A stretch of DNA of 64,000 nt from IMG/VR virus record IMGVR_UViG_3300045988_150172. The stretch is one strand, 5' to 3'. The notes under the pieces were generated by a model. It was not told where the DNA came from, made no database searches, and saw nothing but the letters and a program-made list of their open reading frames with translations. This document shows, in pieces, positions 28,001 to 36,202 of the stretch; the first letter of the stretch is position 1; each line of letters starts with the position of its first letter. Source of the DNA: a virus. Position numbers and translations under genes: made by a program.

Positions 28001-28472
28001 GTGGGGGAAGGACTTGAATGATTCCTATTATCTTTTGTATGTTTATCGGGAACAGGGGCTTTCACACAATGAGCAGATAAATAAGATAGAATATTTGAAT
28101 ACTGTGTTTAAGCCGAATGAAATCGTGGTTGAGAATAACGGTTTTCAGTCTATTCTTGCTGACATGTGTGTTCAAAGGGGTATTAGGAATATTTTTCCGT
28201 TTACCACTACATCTGGAAATAAGAAAGATCTTAGAACAGGGTGGGCATCACTTGCGGCTTTGTTCGAAAGAGGTGACATACGATGCCCATATCATCCTGA
28301 CACACGACAGAAAATAGATACAATGTTTGGAGAATTTACATCCATTGCATTTCGACCTGATAGAGGTACATTGGAATCCATCAGTGGTCATGATGATACA
28401 GTATCATCCTCGTTTATGGCAATAAATAGATTACGTGAATCATCCGTTAGAATAAAGGTTGATTCAGTATAA
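25092..28472 (+). CDS. terminase large subunit interrupted by two inteins
   Basis: Exteins: YLAARSHGK|S P-loop. Nuclease motifs VVVGCDFAISG, VVENNGFQS, GHDDTVSS. The coding sequence stays in frame through both insertions. Confidence 0.85.
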   Translation: MIQFNENNKLSFRQLDSIIDTAIRIIQDLPIKAVNQLMEAYKGDQDAMLSEIFRQTENVLKLNTTLETERLSYVDQLTESMDDSLKIMSYNYFKTTMLPNFRQGWRNLEWGNMIQLYPNSGYLAARSHGKCFLAGTHILMADWTVKNVEDIYPGMEVMGMDFTPRKVLTRHIGAAQMFTVHQENGVSYTVNRFHILCLWDTKRKHYVEIPIGNFLKYPQEKQNRFRGYRVFSSAKPILEYSPITVEPYGYGSYYGFACDGDHKFLLEDNTVVHNSYEFCMAFPLWRMYSYRRPNFMKPDIPDNTNRKETCIITNTETLGKEHLDKVKEEIHSNEALTAVLNPNGKASLGATGFECENGTKLHLRGKDGFIRGLHVGAAVSDDLPDESSIYSLEQREKLKDLFKGAITPIVEPYGYNIVDGCVTPDTLVLTADGIKEIGRLAPVGLDSERGYYDWNGQTYNGQNLEEVSSYYVNGNTETIRVILDRGLELETSHVHPVLVCDVDGRFVWRKCEDLSVGDYVAVKIGADVWGKPLNIDREELYQMGMCVADGCLSGERITIAKKVDGIRKHFIDEQGWHPVKGTTHDDIHFRWYKQEKRELWHSFGYEYGLYSHTKYIPEKVLSASKADLCAFLSGYFDGDGCLTRNDRGRYHISCFSVSKRLIQQIQFVLLNMGIVSHVTYKKCQSTEKVKTDRMGYLLRISSQNMIQKFMREIGFPYSGKADKYVDSEVKVNNVCQYGVPYQRDLFKRIRKQIHLTDEDRKRFGLESFKTQNRTKISIYTVGEMQKLAEWVENSGLCNEDTSIFLSNAKLGYVFLPVKRLEQGQSVTVDFSMQETHSFVSNGIISHNTPYSERDLYYELKQDPKFKVFEYPAIFPDGRLLAPDRFTFDKLMEEKKSVGTLVFSREYLVVPISDDATIFPMEILMRSTIGMENVRLVDNIESFPFKLSRVVVGCDFAISGNVGADYTCYTVWGKDLNDSYYLLYVYREQGLSHNEQINKIEYLNTVFKPNEIVVENNGFQSILADMCVQRGIRNIFPFTTTSGNKKDLRTGWASLAALFERGDIRCPYHPDTRQKIDTMFGEFTSIAFRPDRGTLESISGHDDTVSSSFMAINRLRESSVRIKVDSV
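25482..25913 (+). mobile_element. mini-intein (144 aa, no endonuclease domain) inserted in the terminase Walker A loop
   Basis: Starts CFLAGTHIL, has block B TVNRFH, and ends ..DNTVVHN followed by Ser. Removing it restores GK|S. Confidence 0.8.
26352..27632 (+). mobile_element. full-length intein (427 aa) with LAGLIDADG homing endonuclease, in the terminase
   Basis: Starts CVTPDTLVLTADG, has block B ETSHVHP, LAGLIDADG motifs MGMCVADGC and LSGYFDGDGC, and ends NGIISHN|T. Confidence 0.85.
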
Positions 28473-28479
28473 ATAAAAT

Positions 28480-28497
28480 AGAAATGATTTTTGTATG
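28480..28497 (+). promoter_or_regulatory. leader cassette variant AGAAATGATTTTTGTATG
   Basis: Same ATGATTTT(T)G-TATG layout upstream of the helicase gene. The upstream ATG at 28484 opens a 13-codon out-of-frame mini-ORF. Confidence 0.45.
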
Positions 28498-30033
28498 CAG
28501 ACAAAGAAATTTGATGCGGTGTTAAGTCCAACATTTGTTGAGGAAATGCTTAAACTGGCTTATTCCAATAAGACATTTGCTGGTCTTGTGGTGGAAAATG
28601 TTAATGTAAGCAATTTTCCTCGGGAACTAGGGGCTTGTAAGGCGATGCTTAAAGTTTTGGCAGATAACTATCGTAATGGTGTTTTTGCTACGCTTGGCAT
28701 GGTGGAGATGGCCTTTCCTAAAAGTGAGGAAGTGGCTAAAAAGGTTGCTGAAATTAAGAGTATGCCTGTTCCTCCCTATGACGGTATGGTTAAGCAGTTG
28801 GAAATATTTATTAAGCGTCAGACATTTGTGGCTGTTCAGCATGAGGTGAGTGATATGTATAATGAGGGGAAACCTGATGAGGCGATGGATTTGCTTGGGC
28901 GTAAGATGTCTGAAATTTTATCATTTTCACTGGAACAGGATGCAAAAGGGAAGTTTTCTAGAATATATAGGGATTTTGTCCGTAATATAGCAATAGCGCA
29001 ACAGAAGCAGGATGATGAAGTTAGACGTGCTAAGATTCCATTGGGGATTACCACTCTTGACAATATTACTGATGGTGGAGTTCCTCGTCAGGATATTGTA
29101 CTATGGATTATGCGTTCTGGCGTTGGTAAGTCTACAGCATTGAAGTATCATGCTTGGTATAATACATCCATTGCTCATAATCATTGTCTTCACATTCAGC
29201 TAGAGGGTGGTGAACAGGAAGCTGTGGTGAAATTTGATCAAATGCTTGCACAGACCACCTATGCAAAAGTCTTGAGAGGGGATATTACCGCTGATAATCA
29301 GAAAAGACTTCAATCTCTTATAAAGAGGGCTATTACTGTAAATTCTGATATAGACGTGTATGCTTCAGAAGAAATGATGGAAATGACAATAGCTGATCTT
29401 GTAAAAGTAATAGAGGACTACTATTTGGAATATGGTTATTATCCGGATTTGATAACACTAGACTCCATTGACCTCCTGCTTACAGGCCAGAACAATAAGA
29501 TAGACTATGATCCTAATTTCATTAAGTATAGACTTCAGAAGTGTGCCCAGCGATTAAAGGATATTGCAACGAAATATGACTGTGTCGTAATAACAGCTAC
29601 ACAGACATGTGATGTTCCGATGGAACTGTGGAATGACCCATCTCGTGTTATAACACGTCAGCATACAGAGGGGGATAGAACACTGGTTAAGCCGTTTTCT
29701 TTTGTGTTTACAGGTAACGTAACGAATGAAGAGGGTGCTCAAAACGTTATGCGTATTTTTTGTGATAAGCTTCGAAACTACCGAAATAATGGAATTATTA
29801 TAAAGATACCGACCAACTATGAGGACGGTTTCTTTTATGACATTAAACGCTCCGTAAAAGAGGAACAGGTGCTTGATATGAATGCAATGCTGAAGATGGA
29901 TGGTGCACCTACGTGTAGAAGACGTACAAGTGACGGTCAACAAACGGAGACAAAGACTGTTGAAGTTGCAAGCGGTGTGTTCGTAACGCAGAATGTTGAG
30001 AAGAGGAAAATACCACAGAGGAGGAATGCTTAA
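28495..30033 (+). CDS. replicative DNA helicase (DnaB/RecA-fold)
   Basis: GITTLDNITDGGVPRQDIVLWIMRSGVGKSTAL (Walker A), LITLDSIDLL (Walker B). Confidence 0.8.
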   Translation: MQTKKFDAVLSPTFVEEMLKLAYSNKTFAGLVVENVNVSNFPRELGACKAMLKVLADNYRNGVFATLGMVEMAFPKSEEVAKKVAEIKSMPVPPYDGMVKQLEIFIKRQTFVAVQHEVSDMYNEGKPDEAMDLLGRKMSEILSFSLEQDAKGKFSRIYRDFVRNIAIAQQKQDDEVRRAKIPLGITTLDNITDGGVPRQDIVLWIMRSGVGKSTALKYHAWYNTSIAHNHCLHIQLEGGEQEAVVKFDQMLAQTTYAKVLRGDITADNQKRLQSLIKRAITVNSDIDVYASEEMMEMTIADLVKVIEDYYLEYGYYPDLITLDSIDLLLTGQNNKIDYDPNFIKYRLQKCAQRLKDIATKYDCVVITATQTCDVPMELWNDPSRVITRQHTEGDRTLVKPFSFVFTGNVTNEEGAQNVMRIFCDKLRNYRNNGIIIKIPTNYEDGFFYDIKRSVKEEQVLDMNAMLKMDGAPTCRRRTSDGQQTETKTVEVASGVFVTQNVEKRKIPQRRNA

Positions 30034-31067
30034 TGAAGTATGACAAGGAGAATATTATTGATGAGCTAGGGCTTGTTCCATTTGGTTCTCAGGGGTGGCT
30101 GTCGAATAAGGAGATGGTCTGTCCGTTCTGTGGTAAGTCTGGAAAGTGGGGCGTCATATTTAATGACACTGGAGGGGCTACATTCCATTGCTGGAAGTGT
30201 CCACGTAAAACATCCTTATATGAATTTCTTAAAAAGATAGGTAGGGTTGATCTTGCAAAGGTTACATATACAGCCAAGCCTGATGAAATTTGTCCTAAGA
30301 TAGGTGTTGAACAGACAGAGGAATCCCAATGGATGATTTCTACTGAATTACAGCCGCTGGAATTGAAGCCAGTTACACTCCCCCTACGACTGAAACCACT
30401 TGTGGGGGATGAATATCTTGAAAGCAGGGGGTTCAATGATTATCATTATAAACTATTTGAACCATCATATACGAATACACCGCTGGAGCCGAAGTTGAGG
30501 AATTATATTGTGTTTAAGATGAAGATGGACGGTGTGTGTGTGGCTTGGTGGGCTAGAAGTCGTTATTCAAAGGAATGGCACAAGGAGAATCTGGAACTTT
30601 ACAAGCAGCACAAGGCTGAACTTGTGCTTCGGTATAGGAATTCAGAAAGCAATTTTCAGGACTTGCTTGGTGGTTATGATCAACTTGTTGAGGGTGTTAC
30701 ACAGACGGTGATTCTGGTTGAAGGCATCTTTGATATGATCAATATTACGAATATTTTAGGACTTGCTGGTGTGGATGATGTTAAGTGTTGTTTTACCTTT
30801 GGTAATAGTATCGGTAAAGGACAGATAGAGTCCTTATTACGGAAAAGGGTTAGGAATATTGTACTTTTGTATGATGATGGAACAATAGATGAGAGCCGTG
30901 AAGCAGCATTAAGGATGAGGGAATTGTTTGATAGTGTAATGGTTGCTGCCATCAGGCGTAAGGGTGTTGATCCTGGAAATATAGATATAGATTACTTACT
31001 GGAAGTGTTGGATGGGGCTTGTGATCCTCTGACATTTTCCTATAATAGGCTTGAAATGAAGATTTAG
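30033..31067 (+). CDS. DNA primase (zinc finger + TOPRIM)
   Basis: CPFCGKSGK..FHCWKCPRK zinc ribbon. VILVEGIFDMI and VLLYDDGTIDES are TOPRIM E / DxD motifs. Confidence 0.75.
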   Translation: MKYDKENIIDELGLVPFGSQGWLSNKEMVCPFCGKSGKWGVIFNDTGGATFHCWKCPRKTSLYEFLKKIGRVDLAKVTYTAKPDEICPKIGVEQTEESQWMISTELQPLELKPVTLPLRLKPLVGDEYLESRGFNDYHYKLFEPSYTNTPLEPKLRNYIVFKMKMDGVCVAWWARSRYSKEWHKENLELYKQHKAELVLRYRNSESNFQDLLGGYDQLVEGVTQTVILVEGIFDMINITNILGLAGVDDVKCCFTFGNSIGKGQIESLLRKRVRNIVLLYDDGTIDESREAALRMRELFDSVMVAAIRRKGVDPGNIDIDYLLEVLDGACDPLTFSYNRLEMKI

Positions 31068-31071
31068 TGTT

Positions 31072-31530
31072 ATGAAGAAGGAAATTGTACAGACTCAAAG
31101 AGAATTTATTTATAAATTACAGCTGGAGTATCTTACGCATAAGTTGAGATCCTTTGTCTATCGCAAGGCAAAATATATAAAGCTTTCAAAAGATATGGCA
31201 GAGAAAAAGAAGGATAAGATAAAGATTCTAGGTGCAAAATTTGGTATTCCAACAATGTTTGACACAGGGGTTCAGCAGTTTGTGAAGGAGCATTTTTGGA
31301 ATAATCACGGTCTTCCTAATTTTTCATATAAGGATTCTGAACAGGAACGCGTTCAAGGTAATTATGATGCGTGGTATCTTTTGTATAGAGGTACTGTAAT
31401 CATGTATAATGGTGAACTGTGTACTGTTGTAAGTAATAATCCTTCTACAAGGACAGTTCAGGTGGTTGATGGTTGCTTCATATTAAGTTATGATGAAATA
31501 TCATTGATAGATGATTATAACTGGGAATAA
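31072..31530 (+). CDS. hypothetical protein
   Basis: 152-aa ORF. No motif. Confidence 0.5.
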   Translation: MKKEIVQTQREFIYKLQLEYLTHKLRSFVYRKAKYIKLSKDMAEKKKDKIKILGAKFGIPTMFDTGVQQFVKEHFWNNHGLPNFSYKDSEQERVQGNYDAWYLLYRGTVIMYNGELCTVVSNNPSTRTVQVVDGCFILSYDEISLIDDYNWE

Positions 31531-31558
31531 GTTATTATTAAAAATTAAAATAAGAAAA

Positions 31559-32014
31559 ATGATTAAGGTAAAGATTTTTAATGAGAGTAAGTTTCTGGAA
31601 CCAACGTATCTTCCGGAATACAAGAGTTTGGGTGCATCAGGTGTGGATCTTAGAGCTGATATAGAAGAAGACATTGTGCTACATCCTATGCAGAGAATAT
31701 TGGTTTCTTCAGGGTTACGGCTGTCGATTCCTCAGGGCTATGAAGCTCAAGTTCGTTCTCGTTCAGGGCTTACAGTAAAGAATGGTGTTATTGTGCTTTC
31801 TCCAGGAACTATTGACAGCGATTTTAGAGGGGTGGTTGGTATTCCTTTGGCTAATTTGGGTGATGATGATTTTGTGATTCATAGGGGTGATCGTGTTGCA
31901 CAACTTGTTTTTCAAAAAGTGGAAATTGCCTGTTTTGAGCCAGTAACCTGTATTCAGGAACTTGGTGCTACAGATCGTGGTGATGGTGGTTTTGGTCATA
32001 CAGGGGTAAAATAA
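31559..32014 (+). CDS. dut: dUTP diphosphatase (trimeric dUTPase)
   Basis: GASGVDLRA, RSRSG, GTIDSDFRG, GDRVAQLVF and RGDGGFGHTG cover all five dUTPase motifs. The start is the internal ATG preceded by AAAAATGATT. Confidence 0.9.
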   Translation: MIKVKIFNESKFLEPTYLPEYKSLGASGVDLRADIEEDIVLHPMQRILVSSGLRLSIPQGYEAQVRSRSGLTVKNGVIVLSPGTIDSDFRGVVGIPLANLGDDDFVIHRGDRVAQLVFQKVEIACFEPVTCIQELGATDRGDGGFGHTGVK

Positions 32015-32033
32015 GAAAAAATCTAGAATTATT

Positions 32034-32065
32034 CTAGGATTTCAAAAGAAAAGTGGTTATATTTG
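32034..32065 (+). promoter_or_regulatory. Bacteroidota-type promoter (-33-like CTAG.. / -7 TATATTTG)
   Basis: ctaggatttcaaaagaaaagtggtTATATTTG. A 20-nt spacer. Aligns with the promoters at 42475, 51663 and 53291. Confidence 0.55.
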
Positions 32066-32089
32066 TAGTCATAAATTTATTAAATAAAA

Positions 32090-32653
32090 ATGATTATGGA
32101 AAACAAAGAATTGGCAGTACGAATGAAGATTCGGAGGCACAAAAATGACAGTGCAAAGTTGACGGAAATTATTGAATCAGCAACATCCACCGACTTGGAA
32201 AAGAAGATTGCTTCAGAATACCTTAATAAGGTTACTGAACTAGGGTGTGATACCAGCAAATCTGATACGACAGCAGCCGACACGGTTGCTACCGAAGTTA
32301 CAAGTTCAGAATTGACACCTGAGGAAGTTGATCGTCTTGGTGATGCAGAAAAAAGATTTGATAAGCGACAGGCTAATCGTAAGACACCATCTAAGGCTGA
32401 TAAGAATATGCGTGAATCCAAAAGAAGCACCTCCGTTTCTACCAGTAATTTGCATGAAAGCAAAAGGGAGAATCTGGAAGAGTCTGTTGAGGTTTCCGGT
32501 CTAAAGGTGGGCTCTATGGTTAGAATTGGTGATGAAGAGGGTGTTGTGGTACGTATTTATCGTAGTGCGGATGGTAAGGAGAAGTGTATGGTTAAGATAG
32601 GTGACAATAAACCTATTAAGAAACGTGTTACTTCTGTGGAACTTATGAAATAA
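32090..32653 (+). CDS. acidic/basic low-complexity protein with C-terminal SH3/KOW-like segment
   Basis: 187-aa ORF (an alternative ATG lies at 32096). C-terminus VGSMVRIGDEEGVVVRIYRSADGKEKCMVKIGD. Confidence 0.5.
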   Translation: MIMENKELAVRMKIRRHKNDSAKLTEIIESATSTDLEKKIASEYLNKVTELGCDTSKSDTTAADTVATEVTSSELTPEEVDRLGDAEKRFDKRQANRKTPSKADKNMRESKRSTSVSTSNLHESKRENLEESVEVSGLKVGSMVRIGDEEGVVVRIYRSADGKEKCMVKIGDNKPIKKRVTSVELMK

Positions 32654-32662
32654 TTAGAATTT

Positions 32663-33397
32663 ATGGTTGCAGATTCGGGAACCATAATCCTTATCAAGGG
32701 AGTCAGTGGAAGCGGTAAATCTACAAGGGTTTACTGTTTCCTTGATTTTCTGGAAAGCATTGGTATGGAATTAAGACCATATCAGTTTGTGAACATTCTT
32801 GGGCAGAAACAGGAAATAGGTGTGTATTCAGAAGAATTGAATATGCTTTTTCTTGGTAAGTTCTATGATGATAACGGAGTACGTAGATGGCAAGGTCTTG
32901 ATGCTGTTACAGGACGACTGCATACAGCGGAAGGGCTTTCTTATTTCTTGAAATGGGCTGGTCAACAGAAGTTGAATGTTGTACTGGAGGGTGCTGGAAC
33001 GTCTGTGACATGGCGATTGCGCCCGATGGAGATATGTGCTGAATACGAATTCCTAAACATCCTATATTTAGTCTATACGTTTAAGTTGGAACAGTATGAT
33101 GACTATGTTAGGAGGATAGAGTATCGTTCCGGCAAGGCTCCGAAAAGCGACGCCATGTGGCGGAAGCGCAAGGGGTTTGAATCTGATTATGCTCAGACTG
33201 TGGTGGAAGCGAAGGACTTGAATATGGCTGGGGCTGATATCGTCATTAAGTATAATCTTTTTGATGCGGATCCATGGGATTTAGGTACAAGCATTATGCA
33301 GTATTTTGGTCTTGATGAACTGTGTGATGAATTTAGGCAGTTTGTGGAAAATAGTAGTTATATTGAAGAGAATTCTTTTGAAAACATTAGAAAATGA
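32663..33397 (+). CDS. P-loop kinase (candidate nucleotide/DNA-base kinase)
   Basis: Walker A IKGVSGSGKST at the N-terminus. 244 aa. ATGA-coupled to the next gene. Confidence 0.55.
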   Translation: MVADSGTIILIKGVSGSGKSTRVYCFLDFLESIGMELRPYQFVNILGQKQEIGVYSEELNMLFLGKFYDDNGVRRWQGLDAVTGRLHTAEGLSYFLKWAGQQKLNVVLEGAGTSVTWRLRPMEICAEYEFLNILYLVYTFKLEQYDDYVRRIEYRSGKAPKSDAMWRKRKGFESDYAQTVVEAKDLNMAGADIVIKYNLFDADPWDLGTSIMQYFGLDELCDEFRQFVENSSYIEENSFENIRK

Positions 33398-34404
33398 ATG
33401 GAATAGTTCCAAATGATAACCTGACATACTTATTCTATTGGTGCTGTGAACGAATGAACATATTCTGGAAGCGGTACAATGGGGAACAGCAGCCGTGGAC
33501 TAGTGATGAAATCTTACAGCAGTATAAGTTCACGAACGTGTATCGTGTGCTGGATAGGTCTAGTCAGTATATGCTTCGTAATGTCATCTATAATGGTAGG
33601 GAGTATTCCAGGGAAGACATGTTCTTTCGTATTCTACTGTATAAGCATTTTAATCTTCCTGAGACTTGGGATGCTCTTATGACTGAGTTTGGGGATATTA
33701 CCTATGATACTGGATGGGAGGATATTGCACGCTTTCTTGATGATAGAATTGAACATGAAGTCATTTATTCTAATGCTTTTATGTTGACAGGGTGGTTTTA
33801 TTCTCTTCCGGAGTATGCTAATATTCGTGGAGCATCAAAACATCGTGGGTATTTTGAAGTGTTTAGACGTAAAATTTTTGAGAATGGCGAAATTGAGGCC
33901 TTTCTTAATGCCACAGGCTTCGAAGAACTTTTTTATATGTTTAAGAAGTTGGAACCATTCAGTGATTTCATGGCACAGCAGTATTGTCTTGACCTGAATT
34001 ATTCTCCTTTATATGACTTCACAGAAAATGACTTTGTTGTAACTGGTCCTGGAAGTAAGAGAGGTATTCAATTTGCATTTGAGGGTGAACATAAACATGA
34101 TGGTGAAGCTGTCTTACAATGGACACAGGAACATTTTGAAGAGTTGATGGATAGGTTTTGTGAGGACACAGGTATGGTTTGGAATCCATTACCGTGGGAG
34201 CCAGTACCTACATTGACAAATATTCAAAATTGTTTTTGTGAATTATCAAAGTATGCTAAATGTATGGGTGTGCAGTTTAAGAAGAATACTAAAGGTAGAC
34301 TGAAGAATGTTTATACTACACCAAAATCAGAAATATCCTATATGTTTCCACGGAAATGGAATGTGGAAATGCCGTTAAAGGGGCAAATAGAAACTTATAA
34401 ATAG
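33394..34404 (+). CDS. candidate DNA base hypermodification protein (5-hmdU-kinase-helical / aGPT-pyrophosphorylase-like)
   Basis: The N-terminus ERMNIFWKRYNGEQQPWTSDEILQQYKFTNVYRVLDRSSQY matches, from memory, the PWT.D.IL..Y+F.NVYR.LDR signature of that family. Not verified by any search. Confidence 0.45.
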   Translation: MNGIVPNDNLTYLFYWCCERMNIFWKRYNGEQQPWTSDEILQQYKFTNVYRVLDRSSQYMLRNVIYNGREYSREDMFFRILLYKHFNLPETWDALMTEFGDITYDTGWEDIARFLDDRIEHEVIYSNAFMLTGWFYSLPEYANIRGASKHRGYFEVFRRKIFENGEIEAFLNATGFEELFYMFKKLEPFSDFMAQQYCLDLNYSPLYDFTENDFVVTGPGSKRGIQFAFEGEHKHDGEAVLQWTQEHFEELMDRFCEDTGMVWNPLPWEPVPTLTNIQNCFCELSKYAKCMGVQFKKNTKGRLKNVYTTPKSEISYMFPRKWNVEMPLKGQIETYK

Positions 34405-34412
34405 AAACGATT

Positions 34413-35528
34413 ATGTATTTTGAATTTGATAATCTTAGTCAGGCTCTTGTCGGGCTTTTGAGGGATCTTAAAAGTGCTGGTATTTGGACACGTAGAGGAA
34501 CCAACCCAGCAGGAAATATGTGCTTGGAATTTCCAGAAGCAGTCCTTATAAAGATAAATAATCCACTGAATAGATATGTCTTTGTTCCAGAGCGTAAATG
34601 GAATAAGACATTGGGGTGGATAGAATCCCTCTGGATTGCACGTGGAGATAATTGTTTGGAAATGCCGTCTGCCTATGTTAAGAACCTGTTGTCTTTTTCG
34701 GATGACGGTGAGACAATGCGTGCAGGGTATGGTCCGAGGATTCGTAACTATGGTGCTCATTTTGTGACAAGCTTTTACAAGAATGATGAATCATACAAGA
34801 TATATAGTCAGTATGATTCTAGGTGTATGAGTGCTGTAAAAGCAACAGACCAGTTGAGATTTATAGTGGATAAGTTTAAGCAGGATATTACCACCAGAGA
34901 AGCCGTAATTACCATTCATGATCCTATTGCTGATGACTTTAACAATGGAGAGATTCTTATAACAAAGGACACCCCATGTACGCGATCCATTCATTTTATG
35001 ATTGTTGACGGCAAGATGAACTGTTATGTGGATATGAGGAGTAATGACTTAATTTGGGGATTAAGTGCTGTTAATATCTTTAATTTTACCTTAATGCAGG
35101 AGTATGTTGCTGCAATGGTAGGTGTGCCTGTGGGGGCATACTATCATAAAGTTGATAATCTGCACATTTATGAGGGTTCACTTCCTATGCTTCAGAGTAT
35201 TATTGCGGTAAATGAGACACCACGAAGTCTTGAGATGTGGTCAGATTGGTACAGATTTTCGGAATGTAGTGATTGGCATGGTTATGAACATACATTTACT
35301 ACACTGGAGGAATTTGATATGCTGATTAGTCTGTTGTCTGTTTTTGAGCGAGGTGTGCGTGGTGCTGACGACTTACCGTATAGCAATAAGGAAGCTATCT
35401 CTGAGATAGAGTCCAAGTTTAGCGATGAACCTATGTTTAAGGACTGGGCAAAGGTTATTTATCGTAAGTGGTCAAAAGATACGTCTGTGACATTTGATAA
35501 TCCATACTTGACAAAGTTATTTATATAA
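34413..35528 (+). CDS. thymidylate-synthase-fold enzyme (ThyA or dUMP hydroxymethylase)
   Basis: RRGT.., ESLWIARGDN, TPCTRSIHFMIVDGKMNCYVDMRSNDLIWGLSAVNIFNFTLMQ, DNLHIYE align with PCH..FQFYV.DGKLSC.LYQRS.D.FLG.PFNI.SY / D.HLY. It has the catalytic Cys and the uracil-specifying Asn, plus an extra C-terminal extension of about 100 aa. Confidence 0.8.
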   Translation: MYFEFDNLSQALVGLLRDLKSAGIWTRRGTNPAGNMCLEFPEAVLIKINNPLNRYVFVPERKWNKTLGWIESLWIARGDNCLEMPSAYVKNLLSFSDDGETMRAGYGPRIRNYGAHFVTSFYKNDESYKIYSQYDSRCMSAVKATDQLRFIVDKFKQDITTREAVITIHDPIADDFNNGEILITKDTPCTRSIHFMIVDGKMNCYVDMRSNDLIWGLSAVNIFNFTLMQEYVAAMVGVPVGAYYHKVDNLHIYEGSLPMLQSIIAVNETPRSLEMWSDWYRFSECSDWHGYEHTFTTLEEFDMLISLLSVFERGVRGADDLPYSNKEAISEIESKFSDEPMFKDWAKVIYRKWSKDTSVTFDNPYLTKLFI

Positions 35529-35558
35529 GTTACTTTAGAAACCATTGTGTATTGGAAC

Positions 35559-35626
35559 AGCCGTGCAACCTTGGTCTGGGAAGCCTGTGACAGGTGAGGA
35601 GAAAGTTCGAATCTTTTCACGGCTGC
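35559..35626 (+). ncRNA. tRNA-like element (canonical acceptor and T arms, defective anticodon arm)
   Basis: AGCCGTG pairs with CACGGCT (7 bp; 8 bp if C35558/G35625 are included). The T arm is GAAAG-TTCGAAT-CTTTT. The centre folds only as GCCTG-TGA-CAGGT, a 3-nt loop, and position 8 is C rather than U. Confidence 0.35.
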
Positions 35627-35632
35627 AATTGA

Positions 35633-35658
35633 TTAAGTTAAAAATGATTTTGATATGA
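35633..35658 (+). promoter_or_regulatory. leader cassette TTAAGTTAAAAATGATTTTGATATGA (mini-ORF MILI* overlapping the start codon)
   Basis: Mini-ORF at 35644..35658. The gene's ATG is at 35655 (ATGA overlap). Confidence 0.6.
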
Positions 35659-36200
35659 ACTACAAAAAGATTGAATATCTGCTTCAGATGAAGCAGATAC
35701 AAAGACTTCCAAACGTTCCACACCACAGAAGTTATAATATTCTTGAACATGGGTTTGTCGTAGGTATGCTTTTTAGGTGGTTTGCTTCTGCTTGTGATGT
35801 ATCCTATGATATTAATGTGTGGGATAAGGTGCTGATGCACGACTATCTGGAGGCATTTACAGGCGATTTGAACTTTGTTGTTAAGAACCTTTCAGAGAAG
35901 ACTTCCAGTGCGTGGGCTACAATAGAGAAGGAGGTTTGTGATCGTGATACAGCGTTGAACCACTATTCTGATGAAGCTATAAAGTCTGCCATGACGGAAG
36001 AACAGTATACACTCTTTAAGGTGTGTGACTATCTCGATCTGTGGATTTTCTGTAAGCAGGAAGAAGCCCTTGGGAATACTACAACAGGGAATATGACCGT
36101 GATAAATAATTGTAAAAGGCTTATCTATAATCTTTGTGGGCAGGGGCAGAATAGAAAGTGGCTTCCTATTTTTGATTTTATGGCTAAATATCAAGCATAG
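35655..36200 (+). CDS. HD-domain phosphohydrolase (YfbR-like 5'-deoxynucleotidase)
   Basis: HHRSYNILEHGFVVG ... VLMHDYLEAFTGDL gives the H..HD..D metal-ligand pattern. Confidence 0.65.
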   Translation: MNYKKIEYLLQMKQIQRLPNVPHHRSYNILEHGFVVGMLFRWFASACDVSYDINVWDKVLMHDYLEAFTGDLNFVVKNLSEKTSSAWATIEKEVCDRDTALNHYSDEAIKSAMTEEQYTLFKVCDYLDLWIFCKQEEALGNTTTGNMTVINNCKRLIYNLCGQGQNRKWLPIFDFMAKYQA

Positions 36201-36202
36201 TT

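Noticed and set aside
35559-35626. The tRNA-like element as an attP core or integration site.
   Set aside because: No integrase, excisionase or repressor is present in 64 kb, and the gene content is that of a virulent phage. It is kept as a finding only as a tRNA-like RNA.
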